Assembly (NCBI GenBank): GCA_965208615.1
Contig: CBDBPB010000001.1
Span: forward strand, 320,001-384,000
Length of the DNA stretch: 64,000 nucleotides
Origin: Spirochaetota bacterium
Lineage (GTDB): Bacteria; Spirochaetota; UBA6919; CBDBPB01
Reading direction: 5' to 3'
The first letter of the stretch is position 1. Every line of letters begins with the position of its first letter. A program made the position numbers and the translations under genes. Under the pieces are notes generated by a model, which worked only from the letters and a program-made list of their open reading frames with translations, ran no database searches and was not told the DNA's origin. Below, piece by piece: positions 49,257-60,409 of the stretch.

Positions 49257-49535
49257 TTACTTTTTAGTAACTAAAGCCTTAAGCTCTTTTCCTGCCTTAA
49301 AATAAGGAACTCTATGTTCAGGAACATTAATCTTTTCATTAGTCTTAGGATTACGAGCTATTCTAGCCTTTCGTTCTTTAGTACCAAAGGTACCAAAACC
49401 TCTTAGTTCAATATGGTCGTTATCACTGATTCCTTTTTTTATTTTATCAAAAAAACTATCAATGATAACCCCGATATTCTTTTTTGTAAGATTACCATTT
49501 TCACTTATAATTTCAATAATGTCGGCCTTAGTCAA
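49257..49535 (-). CDS. hup: HU/IHF family DNA-binding protein
   Basis: TKADII, IELRGFGTF, ARNPKT, FKAGKELK. Confidence 0.92.
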   Translation of the reverse strand: MTKADIIEIISENGNLTKKNIGVIIDSFFDKIKKGISDNDHIELRGFGTFGTKERKARIARNPKTNEKINVPEHRVPYFKAGKELKALVTKK

Positions 49536-49545
49536 CGTAGTCTCC

Positions 49546-49815
49546 TTAAGTTGCTTTTAGCATGTTTAATTTTTTCATAATAATGGACTTCTTTCTAGAG
49601 GCAGTATTTTTTGGATATACTCCCTTTTTTATAGCCTTATCTAAGGCGGATACAAGTTGTTTTGTATATGATTCGCTTTGTTCTTTATCTTGATTTTTAA
49701 TTGCATATTCTGCTTGCTTTAAGAGATTTTTAACCTGTGATTTAACCACTTTATTACGACGACGTCTTTTTTCATTTTGCCTTATTCTTTTTATTGCTGA
49801 TTTACTATGTGCCAC
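49546..49815 (-). CDS. rpsT: 30S ribosomal protein S20
   Basis: HSKSAIKRIRQNEKRR, KNTASRKKS. Confidence 0.97.
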   Translation of the reverse strand: MAHSKSAIKRIRQNEKRRRRNKVVKSQVKNLLKQAEYAIKNQDKEQSESYTKQLVSALDKAIKKGVYPKNTASRKKSIIMKKLNMLKAT

Positions 49816-49949
49816 AAAAACCTTCCTAATTTTTTATTTACTAAATATCATAAAGAAAGACTTGGATGTCAAGATGTTTTAAAAAAAAGTAGCCATAAAG
49901 TTAACTAAACTTAAATATATATCATATAGTTAAGAGTTTAGTAAGTAGT

Positions 49950-50900
49950 CTTTTAAGATTAGAAATTATAAACTGCCTTATAAAGTTCCTTATTTATATT
50001 GCTATATAATAGCTATTCAGTTCTTCCATAGGTTTGTCAGCAAGATAAACTTTTTAGCTATATAAACTTGGGCTAAACTTTATCTATTACTAATTAATTA
50101 ATAAATTAAGCACATTGCTTATCTTGTTTACAGCTATCCATAGAGGAAGCCCTGTATCAAATACTGAAGTAGCTCCAGTAATTGTTATCAAATGTTCTAG
50201 TAGGTTATTGTAAAAACGTTCTAAGTTTATCAATTTTTATAGATATAAACTGTTCTATTATTTTTAATTCACATAGAAAGTTACACATAAAGTCAATATA
50301 TAATATTCCAATAATCCGCCCTATCCTTTTATAGAACGGCAAATCAGTTATCACTTAATAAAGGTCTATAATTCTTAGTCTCAATAAGGGATTCTTAATA
50401 GCTCTCGAAGTGATGATTACTTGCATAAAAAGTGATATTTTGTGTTCATTACTAAAGTATTTAAGCAGCACTTAAAGAGTATATAGGGATAACCTGCTTG
50501 ACACAAGGAAATGACTTTTTCATGAATATTTTAACTTTCCTGTTTCACAAAGAGATGTAAAATATACCTATCTTTACATTATATGTATTACTTTTTATCT
50601 TATACGCTTTATCATAAAATGATAACTAAATTATTAAACAATATCACTCTAAATAAACTAAATTATTATTAAAAAAAAATACCTTCTTATTACGTTTGAT
50701 AGAACATCTGCTAACTTATCACACCTCTTTAACAACCTTTCTATAACTTGATAATCTGTATTTTTTAAGTTTTAGATATATAAACTAGCTTAGAATACTT
50801 TTGGTTTACACTAATAGAACAATTAGTAACATGATATAATAAACATGCTATCACAAACTTATTTTTTTAAAGATGTCATCAATAATTAATATTTATTCTT
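49950..50900 (-). pseudogene. Possible decayed signalling gene (receiver-like start)
   Basis: Short minus-strand frames ILIIDD (~50890), ERLLKRCDKLADVLS and INLERFYNNLLEHLITITGATS, broken by stops. Confidence 0.3.
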
Positions 50901-50975
50901 GTAAATATTAATTATTGATGGTAAGTTCTTTTTTAGAAGCCTTATAGAATAACCTACTAGAACATTTGATAACAA
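50182..50975. repeat. Perfect 28-bp inverted repeat pair (50182-50209 and 50948-50975) enclosing 738 bp
   Basis: TTGTTATCAAATGTTCTAGTAGGTTATT and its exact reverse complement. Confidence 0.9.
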
Positions 50976-51185
50976 CTAGATTGCCTTTCTATAACAAAAT
51001 TATTATTTTTATTTTATCCTCGTACTACTTTATTATAACTGTAGTCCATTAGCTTAAACTTAATTGTTTTTTTATCTTATTATGGAACTAACAACTACAT
51101 AAAACTGTTAGTTCTTTCAATACATAATGTTAAATATTGGTCTGATTTCTATACTTAAACAAAAATAATGCTTCGGAGGTATACT

Positions 51186-52013
51186 TTGTATAAAATACTA
51201 GAAAAAAAAGAAATAACTGCAACATCCAATCTTCTTAAATTACACGCTCCACGAATAGCAAGAAAAGCTTTACCCGGTAATTTTGTTATTCTCCAGCTTA
51301 CAGAAAAAGGTGAACGGTTTGTTCTAACCGTAGTCGATACCGATATTGGGGATTCGTCCATCACAATAATAGCACAGGTCGCTGGTAAAAGTACTGCTCT
51401 TCTTTGCTCTATGAATATTGGGGATGAGCTTTTTAGTGTAGTTGGACCCCTTGGTAATTCTACTCACATTGAGAACTTTGGTACAGCTGTTGTAATTGGT
51501 GGTGGTGTTGGCATTGCAGAGACTTATCCTATTGCAAAAGCTTTAAAAGAAGCCGGTAATAAGTTAATTACCATTATTGGTGGACGAGATAAATCACTTT
51601 TAATGCTCGAAAACGAGCTAAGGGCTATTAGTGATAAGCTGATTGTAACTACTGATAACGGCTCCTATGGCGAACAAGGGCTAGTTACTGATCCATTAAA
51701 GCGTCTTATTAATAATAATGAAGTTGATTTTGTATTATGTATTGGACCTATTCCTATGATGGCGGCAGTTTCTGAGGCTACTAGACCTAACAAAATTAAA
51801 ACTATGGTGAGCTTAAACCCCGTTATGGTGGATGGAACAGGCATGTGTGGGGCTTGCAGAGTAAATGTTGGAGGCAAGATGAGATTTGCATGTGTTGAGG
51901 GGCCTGAGTTTAACGGTCATGAGGTAGATTTTAAAGAACTAGCAAATAGAAATCGCATTTATTTATCCCAAGAAAAATTTGCTATGGATAAATTCCAAAA
52001 AATTAAAGCTTAG
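51186..52013 (+). CDS. nfnA: NfnA/SudB flavoprotein (start probably TTG at 51186)
   Basis: GGAGG SD; PGNFVIL, GPLGN, GGGVG, GPIPMM, MVDGTGMCGACRV, CVEGPEF. Confidence 0.85.
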   Translation: MYKILEKKEITATSNLLKLHAPRIARKALPGNFVILQLTEKGERFVLTVVDTDIGDSSITIIAQVAGKSTALLCSMNIGDELFSVVGPLGNSTHIENFGTAVVIGGGVGIAETYPIAKALKEAGNKLITIIGGRDKSLLMLENELRAISDKLIVTTDNGSYGEQGLVTDPLKRLINNNEVDFVLCIGPIPMMAAVSEATRPNKIKTMVSLNPVMVDGTGMCGACRVNVGGKMRFACVEGPEFNGHEVDFKELANRNRIYLSQEKFAMDKFQKIKA

Positions 52014-52053
52014 TCAGTTAATTTTAATTATAACAAAATATATGAGGATTATT

Positions 52054-53523
52054 ATGGCAGAGGAAAAAGTAGTAAAGAAATATAAAGTTAGTACTGATCC
52101 AGAACGACGGAATATTAAAGGTGATGAATTAAGACGTAGAAAGGCAATAGAGAGGCACTCTATGCCCCAGCAAGGTCCTGATAGAGTTAACAATTGGGAT
52201 GAGGTTCCTTATGGCTTTAGCGCTGAACAGGCTATGAAAGAGGCTGAAAGATGTTGGGATTGTAGAGTACCATATTGTATTGATGGCTGTCCTGTTGGTA
52301 TTGATATTCCTGCTTTCCTTCGTTTAACTGAAAAGGGTGATTTTATTGGTGCTATAAGGAAGATCAAAGAGGCTAATGCACTTCCTGCTATTTGTGGACG
52401 TGTATGTCCAAAAAGTGAGCAATGTGAGTTAAAATGTGTTGTTAGTAAGAAAAATAAGCCTGTGGCTATTGGTTTTTTAGAAGCTTTCTTAGCAGATTAT
52501 GAGAGAAAACATAATGCTATAGAGATACCTGGTAAGTTACCGTCTACAGGCAAGAAGGTTGCAGTTGTTGGAGCCGGACCTGCTGGTATCACTGTTGCTG
52601 GTGAGCTAGCACAAAGAGGACATGAGGTTAGCTTATTTGAAGCACTATCTAAGCCTGGTGGAGTTTTAAGATATGGTATACCTGACTTTCGTTTGCCAAA
52701 AGAAATTGTGAATACTGAGCTTAAAGTATTAGATCAGCTTGGGGTTAAGGTGCAATGCAATACGGTAATTGGTAAGACCATTACTGTTGAGGAACTTGAT
52801 GAAGAAGGTTTTGATGCTATATTTATTGGTACTGGAGCTGGGCTACCATGGTTTTTGGGTATTGAGGGTGAAAACTTAAATGGAGTATTCTCTGCTAACG
52901 AATATCTTACCAGGGTTATTTTGATGAATGCCAATAGATTCCCAGAGTTTGACACTCCTGTATTTGTTGGTAAAAAGACTGTTGTTATTGGTGCTGGTAA
53001 CACTGCTATGGATGCTTGTAGGACTGCTAAGAGGCTTGGTTCTGATGAGGTTACTATTGTATACAGGCGGTCTATTAAAGAGGCTCCGTGTTTGCCTGAA
53101 GAGCTTGATCATGCTCAAGAAGAGGGTATAAAGTTTAAGTTTTTGACATCTCCTTTAAGATTCCTTGGGGATGAGAATGGTTGGCTCAAAGCTTTAGAGT
53201 GTCAGGAGATGAAGCTTGGTGAACCCGATGATAGTGGTAGACGGCGTCCTGTACCTGTAGAGGGGTCTATATTTAATGTTGAATGTGATGTAGCTATTAT
53301 ATCCATTGGTTTTAGTCCTAATCCTATTGTACCTCAGACTACTGAAGGTATGGAGACTAACCGTAGAGGCTGTATTGTGGTTGATGAAAACGGTAAGACT
53401 ACCAGAGCAAAGGTTTATGCTGGTGGCGATATTGTTAATGGTGGTTCAACAGTGATTATGGCCATGGGTGAAGGAAAGCGTGCAGCAGCTACTATCCATG
53501 ACTATCTTCGTTCATTAAAATAA
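52054..53523 (+). CDS. nfnB: NfnB/SudA (GltD-like) subunit (start probably ATG at 52054)
   Basis: RCWDC..PYCIDGCP, CGRVCP..EQC, GAGPAG, GAGNTAMD, AGGD; paired with nfnA. Confidence 0.85.
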   Translation: MAEEKVVKKYKVSTDPERRNIKGDELRRRKAIERHSMPQQGPDRVNNWDEVPYGFSAEQAMKEAERCWDCRVPYCIDGCPVGIDIPAFLRLTEKGDFIGAIRKIKEANALPAICGRVCPKSEQCELKCVVSKKNKPVAIGFLEAFLADYERKHNAIEIPGKLPSTGKKVAVVGAGPAGITVAGELAQRGHEVSLFEALSKPGGVLRYGIPDFRLPKEIVNTELKVLDQLGVKVQCNTVIGKTITVEELDEEGFDAIFIGTGAGLPWFLGIEGENLNGVFSANEYLTRVILMNANRFPEFDTPVFVGKKTVVIGAGNTAMDACRTAKRLGSDEVTIVYRRSIKEAPCLPEELDHAQEEGIKFKFLTSPLRFLGDENGWLKALECQEMKLGEPDDSGRRRPVPVEGSIFNVECDVAIISIGFSPNPIVPQTTEGMETNRRGCIVVDENGKTTRAKVYAGGDIVNGGSTVIMAMGEGKRAAATIHDYLRSLK

Positions 53524-53530
53524 AAACATA

Positions 53531-53553
53531 GACTCTGGCTATATGCTGGAGTC
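53531..53553. terminator. Hairpin between convergent genes
   Basis: GACTCTGGC-TATAT-GCTGGAGTC. Confidence 0.5.
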
Positions 53554-53579
53554 ATCTGCTAAACACGCTATCTAACAGG

Positions 53580-53957
53580 TTAATCACTAAAGGGTATAAG
53601 GTCTAACTTATCTAACCCGTCAGACTCATACAACCTCGACTTTATTATAAACCTATATCCAGTTGGTATCTCGAGAGAAAAGCTTGACCCTCTACCAGGT
53701 GTAAGGTCAACTATAATTTGTGTATGCTTAATATATTCAAAGTTCCTCTTTGATGTGTAAAAATAACAGCCACAGATTTTACCAATAGCTATATCACTAT
53801 CCCCAAGCTTAAACTCACCATCTTTAAAGCACATTGGCTGTGATCCATCACAACATCCACCACTTAGATGAAAAATAAGATCACCATGCTCAGATATTAG
53901 CTCTTCAATAAGCTTATTAGCTTTATCTGTGGCAATTACCCTTTTAACCCTTTCCAT
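53580..53957 (-). CDS. DUF779 family protein
   Basis: HGDLIFHLSGGCCDGSQPMC, GRGSSFSLE; typical neighbour of aldehyde dehydrogenase. Confidence 0.92.
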   Translation of the reverse strand: MERVKRVIATDKANKLIEELISEHGDLIFHLSGGCCDGSQPMCFKDGEFKLGDSDIAIGKICGCYFYTSKRNFEYIKHTQIIVDLTPGRGSSFSLEIPTGYRFIIKSRLYESDGLDKLDLIPFSD

Positions 53958-53983
53958 GCTTATATTATAACCTCAAAGGCTTA

Positions 53984-55507
53984 TTAGAAAAACCCCATAG
54001 CCTTTTTGTCATAGGATATAAGCAAGTTCTTAGTCTGGCTATAGTGGGATAACATCATCTTATGAGTTTCTCTACCTATACCAGACTGTTTATATCCGCC
54101 AAAGCTTGCATGAGCAGGATAAAGATGATAACAATTAACCCATACTCGTCCAGCCTCAATAGCCCTTGGTACCTTATATATTTGATGAGCATCTCTTGTC
54201 CAGACACCTGCACCAAGTCCGTAAAGGGTATCATTAGCAATTTCTATAGCTTGAGCCTCGTCGCTAAAAGTGGTAACTGATACAACAGGACCAAATATTT
54301 CCTCTTGGAATATTCTCATTTTATTATGGCCCTTAAAAACTGTAGGTTCAATATAGTATCCGTTTTCACAGTTATCAATGGTACGTGTATTACCACCAAC
54401 TAAAACCTCAGCCCCCTCATCCTTACCCAAAGCCAAATAGGACTTAATTTTCTCATACTGGTCATTGGATGCTTGAGCACCAATCATAGTATTCATATCC
54501 ATAGGATGACCAAACTTTATAGCATTAACTCTATCAATAATCTTATCTTTAAGTCCATCATATATAGACTCTTGTATTAATGCCCGTGAAGGACAAGTAC
54601 AAACTTCACCTTGATTTAACGCAAAAAGAGCAAAGCCCTCTAATACCTTATCAAGATAATCATCATCCTCATCCATAATGCTTTCAAAGAATATATTAGG
54701 TGACTTTCCACCAAGCTCAAGGGTAACAGGTATTATATTCTCAGAGGCATACTGCATAATAAGTCTACCAGTAGTAGTCTCACCAGTAAATGCTACCTTA
54801 GCAACCCTAGGAGATGACGCTAATGGCTTTCCAGCCTCAGGACCATATCCATTAACAACATTAAGAACACCAGGGGGTAAAAGGTCTTGTATCTCCTCCA
54901 TAAGAGCCATAATACTTAAAGGAGTCTGTTCAGCAGGCTTAATAACTACACAGTTACCAGTAACAAGTGCAGGAGGTAACTTCCATGACGCCATCAATAG
55001 AGGGAAGTTCCATGGTATAATCTGTGCAACAACACCAAGAGGCTCGTGTATGTGCATGGATACAGTATTAGCATCAATTTCTGATACTCCATTATCATAT
55101 CCCCTTATAACACCTGCAAAATACCTCCAATGATCAATGGATAAGGGTATATCTGCATAAGTGGTCTCTCTAATAGGTTTACCATTATCCCAAGTTTCAA
55201 GTTCTGCAAACATACCAGCTTTTTGTTCAATACGGTCGGCTATTTTTAAGAGTATATTACTCCTCTCAGCAACAGAGGTATTTGCCCAACCATCCTTAGC
55301 ATTATGTGCGGCATCCAAAGCTAGATTAATATCCTCTTCTGTTGATCTTGCAAACTCACCAAACAAAAATCCATCAATAGGGCTTATATTATCAAAATAT
55401 TTACCTTTTACAGGAGCAACCCACTTTCCCCCAATAAAGTTGTCGTACCTAGACTTAATAGTAGGCCTAGAAAACTTTACAACTTGCTTGCTATCTTTTA
55501 TTGCCAT
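53984..55507 (-). CDS. Acetaldehyde dehydrogenase (AldB/AcoD type)
   Basis: [41 protein letters not shown]. Confidence 0.95.
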   Translation of the reverse strand: MAIKDSKQVVKFSRPTIKSRYDNFIGGKWVAPVKGKYFDNISPIDGFLFGEFARSTEEDINLALDAAHNAKDGWANTSVAERSNILLKIADRIEQKAGMFAELETWDNGKPIRETTYADIPLSIDHWRYFAGVIRGYDNGVSEIDANTVSMHIHEPLGVVAQIIPWNFPLLMASWKLPPALVTGNCVVIKPAEQTPLSIMALMEEIQDLLPPGVLNVVNGYGPEAGKPLASSPRVAKVAFTGETTTGRLIMQYASENIIPVTLELGGKSPNIFFESIMDEDDDYLDKVLEGFALFALNQGEVCTCPSRALIQESIYDGLKDKIIDRVNAIKFGHPMDMNTMIGAQASNDQYEKIKSYLALGKDEGAEVLVGGNTRTIDNCENGYYIEPTVFKGHNKMRIFQEEIFGPVVSVTTFSDEAQAIEIANDTLYGLGAGVWTRDAHQIYKVPRAIEAGRVWVNCYHLYPAHASFGGYKQSGIGRETHKMMLSHYSQTKNLLISYDKKAMGFF

Positions 55508-55649
55508 GTTAATCCTCCGTTATTAAAGTCTTATAGTTAATTTTTATAGCTTTGATAAATAGAGTTACTAACAAAAATTTATAATGATTGAAAGAATACT
55601 TATTCAAATAACATAAGTATGAGATTTTAATTGAAAACGCCCCAAATTA

Positions 55650-55677
55650 AATATAACATAAATATGCTTTTTGTCAA
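55650..55677 (-). promoter_or_regulatory. Putative sigma70 promoter of the aldehyde dehydrogenase gene
   Basis: TTGACA-16 nt-TATATT with TG extension. Confidence 0.5.
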
Positions 55678-55793
55678 TAGTAAAAGTTTAACATTTTTTT
55701 TAATACAGTTTTTTAGTAAGCCCATAAGGTGAATACCCAAAAACCATAAGACAAAAGAACAAAGTTATTTTAAACCTTTTTAGAAGGCATAGA

Positions 55794-56099
55794 CTAAATA
55801 AAACTAGGCCATCCTGTAGGCTTATAAGTTCCTTGAGCCACAATTACAGCCATTATGCTCTTAGTTTCTTTACTCACAGCAAAAGCCGTATCAATAGCCT
55901 TTTGAAGATCGCTAAAAGCGGTTGCCCAGCTTTTTCCATCCCCACCAGGAGGCACAACTTTATTTATTTTCGGTTTTCCATTTTTTATACTATAACTTTC
56001 ACTAGACAGTTTCTGAAGTACACTTTTGTTATCGCAGTTAAATATTGAAAGACTAAATAATAAAACTATTATTAAACTTCTTAACCGACCTATTAACAT
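55794..56099 (-). pseudogene. Truncated lipoprotein carrying the N-terminal cap of a beta-helix (pectin-lyase-like) surface protein
   Basis: Signal ending IFNC; GDGKSWATAFSDLQKAID...VIVAQGTYKP, then a stop soon after; GGAGG SD. Confidence 0.6.
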
Positions 56100-56257
56100 A
56101 CAGCCTCCTATATAAATTTAGGTCAAAATAGCTAAAAGGCCGTACAAAGTCAATAGGATGTTCTTAATTTCTTTAATATTAATGTGGTAGAGGTGTTCTA
56201 GTTTATAGCGTTACTGAATTGTTCTATCGTTTTATATTACGACTCATAAAAGTAATA

Positions 56258-57529
56258 TTAAACCTTTATTGTGGCATCCCTGTCTGGTCCAACAGATATG
56301 TATGATATAGTCGTATTTAAAAGCTCTTTTATTGCATTTACATAAATCTTGGCGTTATTAGGTAAAGACGAAAAAGTCCTTATATGTGAAATATCACAGT
56401 TCCATCCATCCATCTCTTTGTATACAGGCTTTGCCCTATCAAAAAAGCCCCTGGATAATATTACTTTATCATAAACCTTACCGTCTAACTCATATCCAGT
56501 GCAAATCTTAAGCTTATCAAAATAACTTAATACATCCAATTTTGTCATGAATATTTCATCATATCCGTTAATCATAGTCGAGTATCTAGCAAGAACTGCG
56601 TCAAACCAACCACATCTTCTTGGCCTACCCGTTGTCGCACCAAACTCACCACCGTAGTCCTGTAAGGCTTTACCCTCACCATTATGAAGCTCAGTTGGGA
56701 AAGAACCCTCTCCCACCCTAGTGTTATATGCTTTCATAACACCAAATACCTTGTCTATCCTAGTAGGAGGTATACCTGTCCCTATACAAGCTCCCCCTGC
56801 TGATGAGTTAGACGACGTTACATAAGGATATGTACCAAAATCAATGTCCAGTAAAGTACCCTGGGCTCCCTCACAAAGAACATTTTCATTATTATCCAAT
56901 GCCTTATTAAGCAAATAAGACGTGTTTACCTTAAAAGGCTCCAATAACTCTCTATATTTAATATAGTCATCGTATACCTTGTTATAGTCCAAAGTAGGAG
57001 CATTATAGAAGTTCTTTAAAATAAAGTTTTTCTCTTCTAAAATAAATTTTAATAGCTCTGAAAAACTATCATCCAGAAGATCTAAAAGCCTTATACCACT
57101 TCTGTAAACCTTATCAGAATATGATGGGCCAATACCCCTGCCAGTTGTACCAATCTTAGCCTTATTAAGACGACTTTCTTTATAATTGTCAAAAAGTTTA
57201 TGGTAGGGCATAACAATATGACAGTGATCTGATATAAAAAGCCTATTATCTAAATTAATACCTAAATCTTGTAAAAGCTCTATCTCATTAATAAACTCTT
57301 CAGGGTCTAAAACTACCCCATTACCAATAACACAAATCTTATTATCATGTAAAATGCCCGATGGGACTAAATGAAAAATATATTTATCCTTTCCCACAAC
57401 AACAGTATGTCCTGCATTTGCCCCCCCTTGATAGCGAACTATATATTTGGAGTCTTTACATAAGTAGTCTATAACCTTAGCCTTGCCCTCATCACCCCAC
57501 TGACTACCCACTACCACACTACATCCCAT
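56258..57529 (-). CDS. purA: Adenylosuccinate synthetase
   Basis: QWGDEGK, GGANAGHT, EGAQG, GATTGRPRRCGW. Confidence 0.98.
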   Translation of the reverse strand: MGCSVVVGSQWGDEGKAKVIDYLCKDSKYIVRYQGGANAGHTVVVGKDKYIFHLVPSGILHDNKICVIGNGVVLDPEEFINEIELLQDLGINLDNRLFISDHCHIVMPYHKLFDNYKESRLNKAKIGTTGRGIGPSYSDKVYRSGIRLLDLLDDSFSELLKFILEEKNFILKNFYNAPTLDYNKVYDDYIKYRELLEPFKVNTSYLLNKALDNNENVLCEGAQGTLLDIDFGTYPYVTSSNSSAGGACIGTGIPPTRIDKVFGVMKAYNTRVGEGSFPTELHNGEGKALQDYGGEFGATTGRPRRCGWFDAVLARYSTMINGYDEIFMTKLDVLSYFDKLKICTGYELDGKVYDKVILSRGFFDRAKPVYKEMDGWNCDISHIRTFSSLPNNAKIYVNAIKELLNTTISYISVGPDRDATIKV

Positions 57530-57577
57530 TATCTACTCCTCCTTAAAGTTAAACTGTTATATTAATGCATTTTTGCT

Positions 57578-58060
57578 TTATTGTATATACATACCTTTTA
57601 TAAGCCACTGATCGTTTTTTTTGGTGATTATCAGTCCCGATTTTGTGTTAGTTATTACACCATCTATTTTCATTTTTAATACTAATGCTATCCAGTCATC
57701 AGAACCTATATTATTAAAGTTAACTTTTAAACAAATAAATCTCTTTTTATAACGATATTTTAAAATATCCTTAGACTTAAAAACACTAAGTTGTATGATT
57801 TCAATATGTTTATGGGGTTTAGTATAAATTCTTCTTAGAAAGTTTAAGCTTTCATTACGTTTCTTAAAATTAATTACTCCGTTTATCGAAAACGGATCAT
57901 CCATCATATTGTTAACAGCATTAAACTTTTTGTTTAACAGTAAATTATAGTATTTTACTGTTATATTTGCTAGCTTTAGTCTGGTATTTTTTGAGTATGC
58001 GTTTATGTGAAATAATAATGTTATTATTGTTATTATACTATATTTAGAAAGTTTTAGCAT
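57578..58060 (-). CDS. Exported hypothetical protein
   Basis: Signal peptide; C-terminal KKNDQWLIKG suggests an NTF2-like fold (inference). Confidence 0.55.
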   Translation of the reverse strand: MLKLSKYSIITIITLLFHINAYSKNTRLKLANITVKYYNLLLNKKFNAVNNMMDDPFSINGVINFKKRNESLNFLRRIYTKPHKHIEIIQLSVFKSKDILKYRYKKRFICLKVNFNNIGSDDWIALVLKMKIDGVITNTKSGLIITKKNDQWLIKGMYIQ

Positions 58061-58160
58061 TTGTATTATTACCCCTTATTTAGATTACTAAATTAAATAA
58101 ATAATATTATTAAAGGCAATAGTTTAGGAGTTAATATTTCTGTAAAAAAATAGCTACCAT

Positions 58161-59939
58161 TTATTTTAAGTTAAATAAAAATAATATCTTATTTGCAATT
58201 GATCTCAGAGGAGGAAAATCATCAAAAGGTTCAAACCCAAGAGTCTGCGGAAAAGTCCATGATACATAATAAATCACGACCAAACTAATAAAGATTAACA
58301 TAGCTAACTTTTTATTTTTGTATAAGTTAAATAACCTGACCATATTAAAGAATTTTGTATCTGCTATTTTTTCGTTAACAATGAGATGATTTGTTAATAA
58401 AGACAAAATAAATAAAGAAACAAGATTAGTATATAAAAACCTTCCCCAATCAATAGCAACAATGCATAGAACTATAGTCCCAATAATACTTATCAAAAAT
58501 AATATCAAGACTAATTTTTGTTTAAATAACTTTTTTAACTCGTTTAAAATGGGAATATAAGCAACAAAAGCTAAAGCTAAAGCTAGACCAGTACTATATA
58601 TCATCCAATAAAAAAACTTTTTAAAAGTTAAAAAATGATTCGATACATCATTCATATTAGTTTTTATTGAGCAATTTAACCAATCTATAGGTCCAAAAAA
58701 GCCTGGGGTTCGATCTGAACAAGTACTTTGAGATATCTTTATTCCATACTCTTCTAATGAATTATAAATACCAACAACAGCTTCTTCATTACCTGAGTAA
58801 TAAACAGTAAAACTAAAGCTAATCAATGATGGAATTAAAAAAGCAATAACGGTAAAAACTTTTTTAATAGTTACATCGACTTTTAAAACATAAACAATAA
58901 CAATATAGGGTAAAAATATAGCAAGCATTTCATGAGAAAGAATAAGCAGCGGATAAGCTAAAAGAGTTAAATAAAATATCTTTTCAAACTTTTTTGTTTT
59001 ATAAGATATTGCTGACCAAGCTACAAAAACTAATACAACAATATACATTATCTCTTTTTTATAACCAGGAGTATGTATAATAAGATGCTCAGATATTTGG
59101 TAAGTAAAAATAAATGGAGAGAAAATAAGAAAGATATATGGCAATAATGATGGTTGCTTTCTCAAAATTAAAAAAGAAAAAATAAAAAACGACCCATAGA
59201 AAAAAGAATGTAATAAAAAAACATAAAAAGTAGGATTTATATTTGTCAATCTTGCCAATTGCAAAATTAATTCGCCTGATAAACCCCTTCTAACAAACCC
59301 ACCTTGATAGTTAATTAGCCAATCTTCTATAGCATATATCTTATTGAAACCATTAGTTCCCTCAATTGTATAAAGATGAGCCCAATAACTGCTAATTATA
59401 CTAAATATAAATACTAGTAAAAGAAAAACTATAATATATGTTTTTAATGTAAGTTCAACATCAAATTTTTTTTTCCAAGCTAGAAGCCCTGTAAAAAAGA
59501 ATATTCCTACTATTGTTAAGACAATGCTAAAATAGCTAAAAAGTTTGTATGAATATTTAAGTTGATATTTATAGTTGTTAGTAATTGGGTTTGTATTATC
59601 AGATGAAGAAAAGTATAAAGTCTTATTACGCCAAAATGAATATCGCCCTTTTCCCTTATTCCTAATATTATTATGCATATCATCAGAAACTAACAACTTA
59701 TCATTTTCATAAAGTTTAGTATTTATTGTAACTAATAACGATAATGGGTAATAAGGGGGATACGCTTTAAAGATATAACAAAAACCTTTTTCAGGTTTAA
59801 TATTACTTTTATCTATAGTTTGTAATGGGCTTTTATTTAAATTATCCACAAAAACCATAGTCAAAGGAATATTTATTATTGCTATTATTGATAAAGAAAA
59901 AAGAAAATATAATATAATGGTTTTAGTTTTTTGTTTCAT
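58161..59939 (-). CDS. Polytopic membrane protein, probable GT-C glycosyltransferase with an N-terminal soluble module
   Basis: DWLINYQGGFVRRGLSGE, LSHE, AIDWGR; more than 10 TM segments. Confidence 0.65.
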   Translation of the reverse strand: MKQKTKTIILYFLFSLSIIAIINIPLTMVFVDNLNKSPLQTIDKSNIKPEKGFCYIFKAYPPYYPLSLLVTINTKLYENDKLLVSDDMHNNIRNKGKGRYSFWRNKTLYFSSSDNTNPITNNYKYQLKYSYKLFSYFSIVLTIVGIFFFTGLLAWKKKFDVELTLKTYIIVFLLLVFIFSIISSYWAHLYTIEGTNGFNKIYAIEDWLINYQGGFVRRGLSGELILQLARLTNINPTFYVFLLHSFFYGSFFIFSFLILRKQPSLLPYIFLIFSPFIFTYQISEHLIIHTPGYKKEIMYIVVLVFVAWSAISYKTKKFEKIFYLTLLAYPLLILSHEMLAIFLPYIVIVYVLKVDVTIKKVFTVIAFLIPSLISFSFTVYYSGNEEAVVGIYNSLEEYGIKISQSTCSDRTPGFFGPIDWLNCSIKTNMNDVSNHFLTFKKFFYWMIYSTGLALALAFVAYIPILNELKKLFKQKLVLILFLISIIGTIVLCIVAIDWGRFLYTNLVSLFILSLLTNHLIVNEKIADTKFFNMVRLFNLYKNKKLAMLIFISLVVIYYVSWTFPQTLGFEPFDDFPPLRSIANKILFLFNLK

Positions 59940-60409
59940 TTTTAACTACCCTCATGTTTGATCTCATTATTGAACTTTATACATAAAAAATAAATACTAT
60001 CTTTTATAAAAGATATAAAAAAAACTATTAAAATTTTTTACATACTAACTAATATTATACAATATTAAAATATTATAAAGCTCATTCGCAATAATCTGTT
60101 AATATATATATATAAAAATATATGATTTATTATTGGCTCTATAAGGAAGAAGGCTATTTAATACTTAAAACCACAATAAAACTAATAAAGGTTAACAGAA
60201 TTAACTTCTTATTTTTATTAATTATATTAACTAATTGATTAGCTATATTAATTACTTGATAAAATAACCCTAAAATAATATATTGTACTTTTTAGCTATG
60301 ATTATAAAAATAATATTTATGTAAGCTTTAAACAAGTTTTAGTCATAACTATTAGTAATTATAAAGTTTTTTTGTATATTCTATAAAAATAGTTATAGGT
60401 AAATATGCT

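Noticed and set aside
51108-51135. dif-like site (TAATGTTAAAT resembles a XerD arm)
   Set aside because: No XerC arm at the correct 6-bp spacing.
56155-56230. TAGAACA-type motifs resembling the 50-kb inverted-repeat core
   Set aside because: Short, gapped similarity; not distinguishable from chance by eye.
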